Program-made: the position numbers and the translations under genes
DNA from: the human T2T-CHM13v2.0 reference genome, Homo sapiens
Assembly (NCBI RefSeq): GCF_009914755.1
Contig: NC_060933.1
Strand: one strand, 5' to 3'
Length of the DNA: 64,000 nt
In this document: one piece after another, positions 29,624-46,632 of the stretch
How the letters are laid out: each line of letters begins with the position of its first letter
Position numbering within the stretch: the first letter of the stretch is position 1
Notes under the pieces: generated by a model
Seen by the model: only the letters and a program-made list of their open reading frames with translations
Told to the model about the DNA's origin: nothing
Database searches by the model: none

Positions 29624-31930
29624 TTTCTTAGTCCTTTTTTACACTGCTGATAAAGACATACCTGACACTGGACAATTTACAAAAGAAAGAGGTTTAATCA
29701 ATTTGTAGTTCTACATGGCTGAGGAGGCCTCAAACTCATGGCAGAAGTCAAGAAGAGGAGCAAGTCACATCTTACATGGATGACTGCAGCCAAATAGAGA
29801 CCTCGTTTGGGGAAATTCCCATTTTTAAAGCCATCAGATTTCATGAGACCCATTCACTATCATGAGAACAGCATGGGGAAGACTCACTCTCATGATTCAA
29901 TCATTTCCCACTGGGTCCCTCCCACAACATGTAGAAGTTATGGGAACTACAAGATGAGACTTGGGTGGGGACACAGAGTCAAACCATAGTATTATACCCC
30001 TGGCCCCTCCCAAATCTCATATCTTCACATTTCAAAACCAATCATGCCTTCCCAACAGTCCCAAAAAGCCTTAACTAATTTCAGCATTAACTCAAAAGTC
30101 CACAGTCCAAAGTCTCATCTGAGACAAGTCAAGTCCCTTCCACTTATGAGCCTGTAAAATCAAAAGTAAGTTAGTTACTTCCTAGATACAATGGGGGTAC
30201 AGGCATTGGGTAAATACAGCCATTCCAAATGGGAGAAATTGGCCAAAACAACAGGGCTACATGCCCCATGCAAGTGTGAAATCCAGAGGGACAGTCAAAT
30301 TTTAAAGCTCCAAAATGATCTCCCAGTAACTCTATGTCTCACATCCAGGTCATGCTAATGCAAGAGGTGGGTTCCCAAGGTCTTGGGTAGCTCCTCCCCC
30401 GTGGCTGTGTAGGGTACAGCCTCCCTCATGGCTGCTTTCACAGGGTGACATTGAGTGTCTTAGTCTTCTCTAGGTGCACGGTGCAAGCTGTCAGTGGATT
30501 TACCATTCTGGGGTCTGGAGGACGGTGGCCCTCTTCTCACAGCTGCATTAGGCAGTGCCCCAGTAGGGACTCTCTGTGGGGGCTCCAACCCCACATTTCC
30601 CTTCCACACTGCCCTAAACAGTGGTTCTTTATGAGGGCCTCACCCTTGCAGTGAACTTATTCCTGGACATCCAGGCATTTCCATACATCTGAAATCTAGG
30701 CAGAGATTCCCAAACCCCCATTTTTGACTTCTGTGCACTCACAGGCTCAACATCAAGTGGAAGCTGCCAAGGTTTGGGGCTTGTACCCTCTGAAGCCACA
30801 GCCTAAAGTCTACATTGGCCCCTTTCAGCCATGGCTGGAGCAGCTGGGACACAGGGTGCCAAGTCCCCAGGCTGCTCACAGCATGATGACCTTGGGCCTG
30901 GCCCACAAAACCACTTTTTTTCTCCTAGGTCACCAGGCCTGTGATGGAAGGGGCTGCCATGAAGACCTCTGGCATGCCTTAGAGACATTTTCCCTATTGT
31001 CTTGGGGATTAACATTCATCTCCTCATTACTTATACAAATTTCTGCAGCTGACTTAAATTTCTCCTCAGAAAATGGGATTTTCTTTTCTATCACATTGTC
31101 AAGCTGCAAACTTTTTGAACTTTTATGCTCTACTTCCTTTATAAAACTGAGTGACTTTAACAGCACCCAGGTCACATCTTGAATGCTTTGCTGCTTAGAA
31201 ATTTCTTCCATGAGATACCCTAAATCATCTTTCTCAAGTTCAAAGTTCCACAAATCTCTAGGCCTGGAGCAAAATGCCACCAGTCTCTTTGCTAAAACAT
31301 AACAAAAGTCACCTTTGTTCTAGTCCCCAAGATCCTCATCTCCATTGGAGACCACCTCATCCTGGATTTCATTGTCCGTATCAGTAACATCATTTTAGGC
31401 AAAACCATTCAACAAGTCTCTAGGTGGTTCTAAACTTTGCCACATTTTCCTGTCTCCTTCTGAGTGCTCCAAGCTGTTTCAACCTCTGCCTGTTACCCAG
31501 TTCTAAAGTTGCTTCCACATTTTCAGGCACTTTTCAGTAGAGCCCACTCTACTGGTACCAATTTACTGTATTATTCCATTTTCATGCTGCTGATAGACAG
31601 ACCTGAGACTGGGCAATTTACAAAAGAAGGAGGTTTAATCAACTTACAGTTCCACGTGGCTGGGAAGGCCTCACAATCATGGTGAAAGGTAAGTAGGAGC
31701 AAGTCACATCTTACATGGATGGCAGCAGGCTAAGAGAGAGCTTGTGTCAGGAAACTCCTGTTTTTAAAATCATTAGATCTCATGAGACCCATCCACTATG
31801 ACGAGAACAGCATGGGAAATACCCATCCCCATTATTCAGTCATTTCCCACCAGGTACCTCCCACAAAACATGGGAATTGTGGGATCTACAGGATGAGATT
31901 TGAATGGGGACACAGAGCCAAACCATATCA
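29624..31930 (-). mobile_element. Full-length THE1 (A/B-like): LTR 29624-29991, internal, LTR 31567-31930
   Basis: Two ~365-bp LTRs around ~1.57 kb THE1-int; 5-bp TSD GGGAG/GGCAG. Confidence 0.95.
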
Positions 31931-33107
31931 GGCAGCAAGGGTGGTACCACTGTATGTAATGGCAGAGGGGCTGTGGGTTGTCACTGGGAATTCTATCCCA
32001 GAGAAATGCACAGGTGCCACTGTCTGAAGTGTTCAAGTGGTGACAACACCTCCATAAGGCAGATGTGCTGAGCTGAAGACCTGCTATAATCCTTAAGCCT
32101 CTTTGCTATCTCTTGATCTGAGGGCATTATGGGCAGGGGCTATAGCAGGCAAAAACGGCAGGCCTGTCTTATACCTATGAGAGCTCTGTCCCAGGGAAAT
32201 GCAATGCTGCTTCTGGCCCAAGTTGTCAGGCTGAGGTAGGTGGCTGTGCTGGAGGCTCAAGCCAGGAGGCCCTGACCAGTGAGGAGTAGAAGGGGCCATG
32301 ACCAACATTAAAAACTATATGACTGCTTTTCCAGAAGGCAGCTTGCCCTGTGCTGGAGGCCCACAACAGTCATAACACTCTTCACTCCCTCCTGACCTTG
32401 AAGGCAGTTGGGTAGTGGCTGGAGCTGCAATAGCAGCAAAAACAGCAGATATGTCTATTGCATCTGGGAGCTTCATCCCAGAGAAATGCAGAGCTGCTGC
32501 CAGTTGAAGAGGTCAAATGGGTGTTTCATGGCTGTTCTGGAGTTCCAGGTCAGTGTGCCTTGCCTGGAGAGGTTAACCAGAGGCAAGGCATGAAGTCCCT
32601 CTGCTCCTCAGAACCATGAATGTAGCCACTAACTTTTGGCATGCAGAGAACTTGGCGTTCTTGTTGGTGAAGCTATGGCAACTAGCACTGGGGTGCTTAG
32701 GGGTCTAAGACCCCTGGGACTTCTCATGTGCCTGATCTGGAGCTCTGCCCAGATTCTATGCAGCTCTCCTTGTTAGTCTGAAGGCCCCAGGGGGAGGGAC
32801 TCAGGGTGGATCACCTGTGCCTATGATTACAAAGGTCCGTGACAGAAGTATGGGGCCATGGGGCTCTCTCTCAGTCACTATTTCTTTGTGGTAAGGATCC
32901 TCCCCTGACTCCACCCAATCCTGGGTGGGTGGCTGTTGTGTCTTGCTGTTTTTGTTCTCCATGGCTTCTGTTGCTTCCTTGCTGAATCCCAACATGTCCT
33001 CTTGGAAGATCCAGTTGAAGTGCTAGTGTTTACTGGCCAGTCTATTTCCTTTTCACGAGAGTGGAGCATACTAGCTGCTTCTAGTAAGTCATCTTGGCAC
33101 TTGATCA

Positions 33108-33264
33108 CAAAAGACATTTGTTTTTCACAGTTCTGCAGGCTGGCAAGTCCAAGTTAAAGGTGCCAGCAGATTCAATTCTTGGTAAGAGTTCTTCCTGGCT
33201 TGCAGACAGCTGCCTTCTCATTGTATTTTCACTAGGAAGAAAAAAGAAGGTCTAGTGTCTCTTA
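33108..33264 (-). mobile_element. MLT1-type MaLR LTR fragment
   Basis: TCACAGTTCTGCAGGCTGGCAAGTCCAAG...CCTGGCTTGCAGACAGCTGCCTTCTC. Confidence 0.7.
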
Positions 33265-33388
33265 ATTGGATAAATTTTTAAAACCAAAATTATTGAAGGT
33301 GATTCTAATACACCTTTCTCAGTAACTCATATAAATATACCGGATGCATTATTAAGATTATTAGTGTATTTAAAAATATACAATTTCT

Positions 33389-33738
<350 letters not shown>

Positions 33739-34303
33739 CTATATAATTTTGTATAATTATTTTATGATTGCTTATTATTCATTTTAGTGGCCACTTTGAA
33801 AATAATTAATGTTTGTATAAAAATAAACATTAATTTAATAAACTAACAGAATAGCATATAAATTTCCACTAACATCCTATCAAAATTTATATAATTATAG
33901 TATTTTATAAGTCATTTTAGTGCTATATAAAGTTAAGAAAAATGGCCAAAAGTCTAAAAAAATTTAAAAAAATAAAATAGGAATAGAAAAAGGAAGAAAA
34001 TAATTTATTTTTTAAGTTAAAAAATCATTTTTTTAAATGTAGAGAAATACATGTTTTTAAGAGAACACATACCTTTAATCACAAGAAAAAAGTGCCTTTA
34101 AAAATAAAAATATTATATAACATAATAATATAAAAGTTTCTTTTTGAATTTTGAAGTTGTTATAGTTTTAAAATTGTATGTATTTGGCATTTCTTTTATT
34201 TTGCTTTATGTTAACATTCAAATTTCATCTTCGAATTTTAATTATCCTTAAAAATTTCTAGGTGCCTCTTAGTTGAATTCTAGACAAAATTTATCTTTAC
34301 AAC

Positions 34304-34448
34304 TTTTTTTTATTATACTCTAAGTTCTAGGGCACATGTGCAAAATGTGCAGGTTTGTTATATATGTATACATGTGTCGTGTTGGTTTGCTGCACCCATT
34401 AACTCATCATTTACATTAGATATTTCTCTTAATGCTATCCCTCCCCCA
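34304..34448 (-). mobile_element. L1PA (PA5-7-like) 3'-terminal 145 bp
   Basis: TTATTATACTCTAAGTTCTAGGG...ATGCTATCCCTCCCCC. Confidence 0.9.
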
Positions 34449-35412
34449 TCTTTTTATCTGCTATACAAATATATTTTTATGCAATATCAGTCATTAATAT
34501 AGTTAATGATATAGTTAGCATAGTTAATTACAAAACATAGTAATTTTATTGTTAAATATTATAATTTTAAATTATTATTGATGGTTTTTACAATATGTAT
34601 CATATTAGTAATACACCTTAACACACCAAAAGTATGTCAGCCCATAATGATGTTATTTTACTCATTTATTTTAGTTTCGTGTTTGAAATTTTTATGTTCA
34701 GCTAATAGAAAAAAAAATAACAAGACAGAGAAATACAAATATAGCAAATATCGTCCAAGCAATAATCCCCAACTGAACAATGCCAAGATATACATTGTCT
34801 GATTTCTTCTTTCATTTAGATATTTGCATGAATTTTAAAGCTTTTGTATATTTTTTATTTTATTAAAAATAATTTTCTGTCTTGCTTAACATGTTACTTA
34901 TTTAAAAACATAAAATATTTAATCTACTTCATATCATCCAAATATATGAATTAGCTCATTTTCTCTTCTCTATATATGATCTTGTGTCTTTATTCAGACA
35001 AAATAGTTCTGTCATTTAAATGTTTCCTTATCTTTGGCATAGTGTGATTTTTCTTTTTAAAATTATTATAGTTCAATAATATATCAAGCTAGTGGGAGAA
35101 AAGCAAAGGTGAATTAAACTATGTTTCAGTAAAATGTAAAAAAAAAATCTGATTTTAAGTAATTACTAACTATGTACAGTCACGAACTCATGAACCAACA
35201 GTATAGAAGAAATAATTGGTGCGATTTGGGCAAACTAGAAAAAGCCAAGAAAAATGAAAAGATCTTTTTATATGATCATTCTTAATTAGAGCCACTGACA
35301 GTGAATGTAAGAATGTTTAATGTATGTGACCTATAAAGATTTGCTAGATTCTGACTGACTCAGAGGTTATATATTACTTCTCACACTTCTTTATTAAAAT
35401 TATTTTGTTTTT

Positions 35413-35687
35413 TTTTTTTTTTTTTTTTTGAGACGGAGTCTCGCTCTGTCGCCCAGGCCGGACTGCGGACTGCAGTGGCGCAATCTCGGCTCACTGCAAG
35501 CTCCGCTTCCCGGGTTCACGCCATTCTCCTGCCGCCCGCCACCACGCCCGGCTAATTTTTTGTATTTTTAGTAGAGACGGGGTTTCACCTTGTTAGCCAG
35601 GATGGTCTCGATCTCCTGACCTCATGATCCACCCGCCTCGGCCTCCCAAAGTGCTGGGATTACAGGCGTGAGCCACCGCGCCCGGCC
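35413..35687 (-). mobile_element. AluYb8 (human-specific) with 30-bp internal deletion
   Basis: Yb 7-bp duplication (GGACTGCGGACTGC), plus CACCTTGTT, CTCATGATCCACCC, CCGCTTCCC and GCGCAATC diagnostics; TSD ATTTTGTTTTT at 35402-35412 and 35688-35698; CpGs largely intact. Confidence 0.97.
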
Positions 35688-35719
35688 ATTTTGTTTTTAA
35701 CTTAAGCATCATTTTTATA

Positions 35720-35971
35720 ACTAAAGTGACAGTTATACATGAACAAGTATAATAGTTTGTCTAAAATATTTTGTACCAAAGCAGGAAGACTGAAGTGTGA
35801 ATAATCTCAGTAAAAATGTATAAAATATATTTTGGACATGCAGTCACTAAAGTGACAGTTATACATGAACGAGTATAATAGTTTGTCTAAAATATTTTGT
35901 ACCAAAGCAGGAAGACTGAAGTGTGAATAATCTCAGTAAAAATGTATAAAATATATTTTGGACATGCAGTC
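35720..35971. repeat. 126-bp tandem duplication, 2 copies
   Basis: 35720-35845 and 35846-35971 differ at one base (GAACAAGT vs GAACGAGT). Confidence 0.97.
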
Positions 35972-36536
35972 ATTCATTGAAATGTACACATGAAGTAAAT
36001 CAAGTGACCTCATCATTGAATAAATTGAGAAATATATGAGGTTGAATTAATTTCTTCTTCCACAGAATTTTTTTATTTATTTCATTTTTGTTCAATGTTT
36101 CTTGATATAAAATAGATTATTTTCTATTATTTTCAGATGTCTCAGAAATCTTTCCAGTTCTTTCCTACGGTCTTCAATACATTTTTAAAAATTAATGCAA
36201 AATGTGGACCATTTAAAAACTAGATTTTCTCAAAGATTGAGTGTTGAAGGTAGTGCCCCTGGAGATTATTTGTTAAAGAATGTTTAAAACTAACTAGCAC
36301 ATGCCTAGTCTTTGACATGATTTGTTTTGTAAGATCCTTGTCATCATGATATGTATTCAGGAAAAGGAGTATTCTCAGATTACAGATAAAGAAGCTAAGT
36401 CAGACATGTATTGAGTATGTAACTTGATGTGAGCCATAAATAAAAATGTGCCAAATATATTAGGTAATTGTATAAATCTAAAGCATTCTATAACAGTATA
36501 TTATCTCTGGCTGGTGAATCTAGCAAACACAACATA

Positions 36537-36752
36537 TAGTTATCTCTCCATATAGGTGGGGATCAATTCCAGGGGCACCTTCATGTACCAAAATCCACAT
36601 ATACTCAAGTTTCCCAGTTGGCCCTGTGGAACCTGTTTATAGGAAAAGGCAACCCTACAGAAAACACCGCACTTTTTATTGAGTTTGGTTGAAAAAATAA
36701 TATGCATATAAGTGGACCTGCGTAGTGTACACATGTGTTCAAGGGTCAACTG
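36537..36752 (+). mobile_element. MER8 (Tigger-family MITE)
   Basis: TTCCAGG...ACCAAAATCCAC...TACTCAAGT...GGCCCTGTGGAACC...AAGTGGACC...GTTCAAGGGTCAACTG followed by TA. Confidence 0.85.
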
Positions 36753-37423
36753 TAGCTGAAAGCAAACCACATTTAGTTTGTACATATATTTTAGAGAGAA
36801 TATTTGTGAAGTGTTTTATTTTTTAAAAAAAAAAGCTAACTAAAGAACTAAAAGAACCAAAAGCAAACCAAAATATAAAAAATAAACATTTTTCTAGCTC
36901 TGCAATGTAAGACATTTACTTTAAATTATTCAAATGTACCTAAATAGGAATCTAATTTCAAGTTTATGCTATTTTTGAAGTAAGAAACATGCTGTGTCAT
37001 TTATGAAACTAGAAATATATGATTGAAAAAGAGTCTACATAGTGAGAGAACTTGACCATAATCTTTGAAAGTAAAATCAAACGAAAGCTTATGTAAAAAG
37101 TGTGATCATTAGGCTTTAATTTTTAAAATATGATAATAAAATAAGAGATATTGAATGTTGCTAAAATTTTTAAATATGTTATGATAACAGCATACATGGA
37201 ATATTATACATTTATTCAAATTATGTTTTAAAAATAATGACATAAACATACTTCTTATACATTATGATTGAAATGCTGAGGTTTTATTTAATACATAACC
37301 AATAAAGCTAAGAACCCCTTAAAAATCAAGACGTACTCCTTAAATAAAATATTGAGTGAGTACTTATAAGGCAATAAGTTTTGTAAAATATGCTAAAAAT
37401 TTTTAAAAATTCTCTACATATTC

Positions 37424-40091
<2,668 letters not shown>

Positions 40092-42607
40092 TAAGGTACC
40101 AGTACATCACCATGATAGACCCAAACTTTATACCAGGCACTACCGAAAGAGTAAAATTAGCACAACAGTTAGCATAGACAACATGACAACTTTTGTAGGG
40201 CCATAGTATAGTTTCAGATATTGTTCACATTCTCTGCAACAAAAGAAGTTAAGATACATTACAGAAAGGAGAATATGAAAGCAGTATTAGTAAAAGGGAA
40301 TATCCCAACAATAGGAAAGCACCCCATTTGGATATTTACAAAAATTCTAAAAATTATCTTGTGAAAATGTGAAATCCATATTTTAAAGGTCTTCGAAAAA
40401 GAGAAAAATAGACTAAAATTTTATTAATTAAAGTAAATATTAACTCCAATAAATGAGGAGAATTAGAATGCATTAAGGTGTTTTAAAATTATAAAACTTA
40501 CTAAAGTAATTTGGAAAAAAATGTGTATCGATAACACTCATTTAAGAAAACATGGTCACGATTTAGTCAAATCTCATCTTTTGTCCCTTGTTTTTGTTTT
40601 TAAAAGTTGTAATAATAATTGATATTTACTCAATATCTTCATATATTGAGTAAAACCATATACCAAACAAAAATTGCATCCTTTATATAAGTAGAGAAAT
40701 TAGACTTAAAATAAATAACAAGTGAGAGACCATGGTGCCAACCTAGTTTGTCATTTTTCTTTAGAAAATCCTAAGTTATTTGTTGTCAAAATTATCAATA
40801 TTTTATATTTTGTTGCTCTTGCAAGTAAAGCATTTCTAATTAAAGACCTTAGGGCTTCACATATCCTTCAGATAGCTGGTAAAATGCTGCTTTTTGCTAG
40901 AAGCCTTCTCCGCCCTTTCTATATAACAGCAACCTCTCTTCTCAGTTTCTTGTCATCTCCAGTACACCTTCTAGCTGCTTTTCTAATTTTATTTTTCCCA
41001 AGCACAACTTAGCACTTTACTGGAAGTCATCTGTTTTCTGCTTCACAAAGCAAGGACTTGTCTCCGTTGTGCCCAGCTCTAGCCTCAGGGCCTAGAAAAG
41101 TACTCAGCGTGTAATGTGCACCAAATACATGTATATTGGATTAATATTTAAATGTGTATATACTTAGCTGTGAATAAATAGCATCAATATTCTTTTTTTA
41201 AATGTTAAAAATATAAAGTGTATAGCCTTCAAAAGTACACTGTACATAAATAATTTGAAGGTGATGAAGAGGACCCTGAAACAGGAATGGATTCCTAATT
41301 CCTAGCAGGGATTTAATGGCCATCACGGAGCAGCCAGATGTTATAAGATAAGGATATAAGATCTGAGAGGCATGGCAGGTAAGAATAGAGCTAACATACA
41401 TTTTACTTAAAATTTTTGAATTGGCTATATTGAAAAAAGTTTAACACATGTTACCACAGCAAACACTCTAAAAACTCTCTACTAAGAATTTTGGCTTAGA
41501 CCAAGGCCAACATTGCTCTGGACATAAAATGGCCTTTTATACATGATGATGATATTTTCAAAACTAAGTAAGTTAAGTACATTATTTAAAAGATTTTAGT
41601 CCTGTTTTACCTGTTATTTCACTACTAAAGGATTTTTCTACTCTGAGTTCACTTTATCATTCTTTTTTCAGAATTTTATCTGTGCTTATTTTAAATAAAC
41701 ATGAAAATTACTACCATTTAAGATAAATATCCTTTTATCTTTCAATTATTTTTCCAGAGCAGTGCTTTAAGTATTCATATAATTATGAGAGTTTCTAAAA
41801 TTTTACATATTTTATAACAGTTCATTCTGTGTGAGTTTTCTTTTAATTTTTATAAGAAATATCTTGAGAACAGTGATACATAATATATTATGCAAAACCT
41901 GAAAAAAATAGTAAGTGATTTCCAGCATCAAAGGTCATTTATTCTTCTGAGAGCCTAGTGACCTTTAAGTTAATTTCCTATTTTATGGATTTTTATAAAT
42001 TACTTAGTATGTGGGTTATGTGTACAGAAAGCACACCACGTAACTTTAAATTGTTCTCAAATCATTTTGTAAGTCATCAGATAAGTAGCTACTTAAGTAA
42101 TCTATATATTTGTAATAAATATTTGTGTAGAAATAATAGAATGAGGAAGTCCTTCTTCATAACTTTGAATAAAACACTATTTCTCCAGTTAACCTGGAGG
42201 GCAAATAAACCTTTTAAAAATATAACAGAAAAGTTCGATAAGAGCACAAAGTGTGTATTAAGTAAATGTTACAAAGGATAAATGGAAGTGAAATACCTGG
42301 ATTATCCTTACTGAGAATTCAACACCTATAAGTGAATTATAAGTGAAATCACAACTATCACAAACTTTGCTCCATCTCATTTTGGAATTGTAACAGCCTC
42401 AAGGGCATAATAACTTTCAAAAGACGGTCACTGAGTGCCAACTATATGCCAGCCCATATGCTAGGTATGGACTGCTAGGTTTTTTTCTTACTAATTAGAA
42501 TCACTTAACTGCTTGAAAATGTGCATTGGTGGTAAACCTATTATCAGCACTTACTCTATCTTTAAAATTTTAAGTTAAATTTTTGATTTAATGTAGAATC
42601 ATTTTAT

Positions 42608-42623
42608 ACACACACACACACAC
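42608..42623. repeat. (CA)n microsatellite
   Basis: Run of about 8 AC units. Confidence 0.85.
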
Positions 42624-42778
42624 GCCACACACCGAAACATATAACTATTTTTCTTGAAATATCAAAATACCACAAAAGCATTATGATTTTGTTTTCCTAA
42701 AATGTTTTAGTGTAAATGACAGTTAGATCTGTAGTCTGATTGCCTTAAAAAGTTGTTTCATCTCTCTGAACTTGAATT

Positions 42779-43071
<293 letters not shown>

Positions 43072-43129
43072 CTGAACTTGAATTTTTTAATCTGTAAAAT
43101 GACATGATAATATTAATATGCTGATCAAA

Positions 43130-43530
43130 GTTTGTTTGCTCTCAGATCAATTTCCTCAGCAGTTTTCTTTTATTTTTTCACTGTAACAGAAATCTGCATT
43201 TCCCATGCTTCCTTGTCATCTAGTCTTTGGGTAGATTCAGGCAAGGGAAGGCAAAAGCCAAAGATTGAAGGACAGGAAAAGGCAAGGAGAAGGGCCACTT
43301 CTGTTTTCGTTTGTTTGTTTTCTCTGCTTCTAATGACACCTACATCAGAGGTCATATTTCTCCCTGGTCCCATTTCTCACCAGCAGTAATTCTACTGTGA
43401 AATGGCTCATTACTGGATCTCTGGAACTTTAGTTTCTCCCATTGACCTTACTATCATGAGGAAAGGATTAGTTCTCTGCTAGTGCTAATACTTTCATCAC
43501 TATTCCTTGCTTTGTTTCTTAGTTATTTTC
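43130..43530. mobile_element. Possible LTR33/LTR16-like ERVL remnant
   Basis: CTGCATTTCCCATGCTTCCTTG...GGGTAGATTCAGGCAAGGGAAGGC motif; highly diverged. Confidence 0.35.
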
Positions 43531-43819
43531 ACCCTGATGTTACCTGCTCCACATAATAAAATCAGATTGTTTGTAAGTCCTAGACTAGTTTCTGCCTTGC
43601 TGGCTATATCCTCAATGAAGAGCAAATATTTACCTCATGGGAGAAATAGACCTAATGGATTTAGGAGTTTAGCAGTTTACAGGGCACAAATTAAATCTCA
43701 ATAAATATTTACTCTGAGTAAAAAAGTACAAAATAGAAGTACAATTCTTTTTTATTGTCATTGATTTCAGAGCAAAATGAATCAACAGTTGACAAATTAA
43801 GGATTAACTTATGCAAGAT

Positions 43820-44560
43820 TATTCAACAAATATTTATTATTCATTTGCTCTATGCCAGAAATGTGTCTTCATGCCAGGTTAAGAAAAAGAGAAAACAGAA
43901 AAAAAAATAGCTGTCCCTGACTAAAAGAGCTTACGTTCTTTCTTTTTGGGCGAGAAAGGCAGTGAAAAATTAAAAAAAGAAACGCAGTATTAACATGCGG
44001 ATAAGTTCTAGGGTGAAATTTGAATGCAGATCCAGAGTGACTGTCTGCCTCTCAAAAGAATTCTGCTGAGATGTCTAGAAGTAAGTAGAGTAGCAAGCAA
44101 ATATCTACAGCGCGTGTCTCTTTCAAAGACAGAAAAACAAAGTGGTTTTTAAGGTGGGTGAATCTTGGCATTTCCAAGAAATATCAGGAGGCTCTTAAGG
44201 ATAGAATGACCAAAACAATGAGGGCTGTGATAAAATAAATTGGGGGAGGTATGGAGAAGGATCCCATATTGTTGCTTTCACAAACAATGACAAGGTTTTG
44301 GGTTTTACTTTGAGAAGGGGAACAATTAGAAAGCTATGAGCAAGACTGTGAAATTATTTGATTTATGTTTTATAATCATTCTGACTCGTGGCTGAAAAAC
44401 AGCCTCTAGGAATGAAAGTGAGAGAAATAGGGTCATCATTTATGAAGCTATTCCAATGATCCAGTGCTTTGGCAGTTGCCTGGACATGGCTAGTAAGAGG
44501 TAAAAGTAATCTGATACATCTTAAAGGCAGGTGTTCATGGATTTGATATGGCAAATGAAA
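43820..44560 (-). mobile_element. L2 3' fragment
   Basis: ATTCAACAAATATTTATT...TATGCCAG (reverse of the L2 3' end) followed by purine-rich L2-like sequence. Confidence 0.55.
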
Positions 44561-46632
44561 GAAAGAAACCGCTATGTGTTATATTCCTTGAGCCAAAATT
44601 GAGGTGTAAAATAAACATGCTCACATAAATGGTTGATTATGTTCTTAAATGAAGGAGAAAATAGTTGCAGTGATGTTAAGTCATCAACCATTTAAAATGT
44701 TGCTTTTGAAAGAGATGAATCAAGGAAGGGATGGACATGAATTTTCCTTACCTAAAAAGCTAGTGAAAATTAAGAGTGACATGAACAGGATTAAAACTTT
44801 ATTTTATAGTGGTACTGAGATGAAACATCACACTATCTGACTTCATAGCTTAAAAATATAATCACCCCACCAACTTCTCACTCTTTTCAAGGATTTTGTG
44901 AGTAACCAGCTTTAATTTGGAAAACCTAGACTTCTACATACAGATTGTTATGTTTGTGAGTATGATTATTTCTATCATTTTGTTTTACATTGTGCTTTAT
45001 CATTCAATAATTAATATCTATCATTTTCCATTAACTAATTTATTTTATGACCATTTATTATTATTATTACCCTATGGTAGTCAATAATTACTGATACATA
45101 TTCCATTGTTTTTTGGGATTTGATATAGAATCAGAGAAGTTTGTTGCCAACTCCTTTTTAGTTGAATATATATTGTTTTTGTCTTATATTTAGTTTTTGT
45201 AAAACTTCAGATTTTCCATCTTGCCCCACTATTTATTGCTAAAAATCATATCCAAATATGACAAGGTTTAGGAACACACACAGTTAATGAACACATGTTA
45301 AAGTATAATAACACAGAATACATTTTTGAAAGTAAGTTTATTAAAATTAGCAATATATTTCTAGTTATATGCATAAGGATATACCAACATGGATTTTGCC
45401 TGCCCAATATTAATTTTCTCTTAATTTCTTACTTACAGAACTTCAATTTGGTCATGAGTCTAAGCCCCAAATTATGTTTGCTGTCGTATACTCATGACAG
45501 CTCTTTTTCTTGATTTTTCTAGCCTTTATCCATTTGGAAATGTGAACCACCTTTTATAGGTGAGATACAGTATAGCTGAACACTTCTCTAAAGGTTTCTG
45601 TAAAAAAGCATAAATGTACAAGCCTATCATCCCGATTCTATTTAGTTTGCCTTGAATATGAATGTGATAAATGAAGTAAGATCTCACATCTTGCAACATG
45701 AAATGGGAGAAGGGTCAACATAGAAGAAATGTCAGAAGAAATGAACCAATAGAAAATTCCTCATTTGCTAAATTTTGTTAAAAGAAAAAAATAGATTTTA
45801 ATATTAATCTGATCTACACAGGCAAATGTTAACTGCAATGAAAATGTCTTTTAGATAATTCAGAACACTTTCCATCCTTGGTAAAAGTATTCATTTTACT
45901 GACTCACTATTATATATTTTGTTAAGTTAGAAACTCATATTCAATCAAAGGAAATAAAAGTTCCCCCTAATTTCTAGGAATATAAAAAAATAGGTACACA
46001 TAGCTTAGATAATATTTTCTATATTTGTTCAAGTAAATCAGTTTAGTAATTGTTTGAAATACTTCCAATTGATATGAGTCCAATTTTAGAAGGAATTTTA
46101 GTTGGAAGTGTTATTCTCTTTATGAAGATGTAAATGGCTCTGTTTACTGGCCAATATTTACATACACATACAGTCAATGAATGTTAATTTGCACACAGTG
46201 GCATATATAATTCAAAGTTCATTTTATTAGTTAATTTAGATATGGTTCAATGAGAGTTTCAAACTGAGGGCATAGAGTCATATAACATACTCTAGAAGAA
46301 CAACTCACAAAAACTAAAATAAATTGCTTTACCATGTTTGCCTTTGTATTTCACTTTTTGTGTTCTGAAGAATAAGCATGGTAAAATTTACATATATCTA
46401 ATGCATATAATGGGCAATGTATGAATTATTTTACAAATTACTCATAACCAGAAGAGTTCTGTTGGATTTTACCATATGGCCAGATTCATCTTGCCTTTCA
46501 AACTTATGTAAGTAATTTTTCCAAATCTCTTTTTTTCCCATAACATACATGCTGCTGAGTCCACTCCTCCAAACTAAGTAAAGATAGGAATGCTCATGGC
46601 CAAATCATAAGTATAGAAAGTGACTTTTGAAC

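Larger units (their letters stand above)
25321..33100 (-). mobile_element. Old primate L1 (L1PA13-16/L1PB-like): 5' UTR, ORF1 and ORF2 EN to early RT, 3'-truncated
   Basis: Endonuclease remnant WIKNQDPTVCCLQETHL...LTILNIYAPNTGA (ORF 26565-26945); RT-proximal [16 protein letters not shown]; 5' end reads GCCAAGATGACTTACTAGAAGC on minus; interrupted by AluY and THE1. Confidence 0.9.

Noticed and set aside
35720-35971. CRISPR-like or satellite array
   Set aside because: Only two contiguous copies with no spacers, in a human context.
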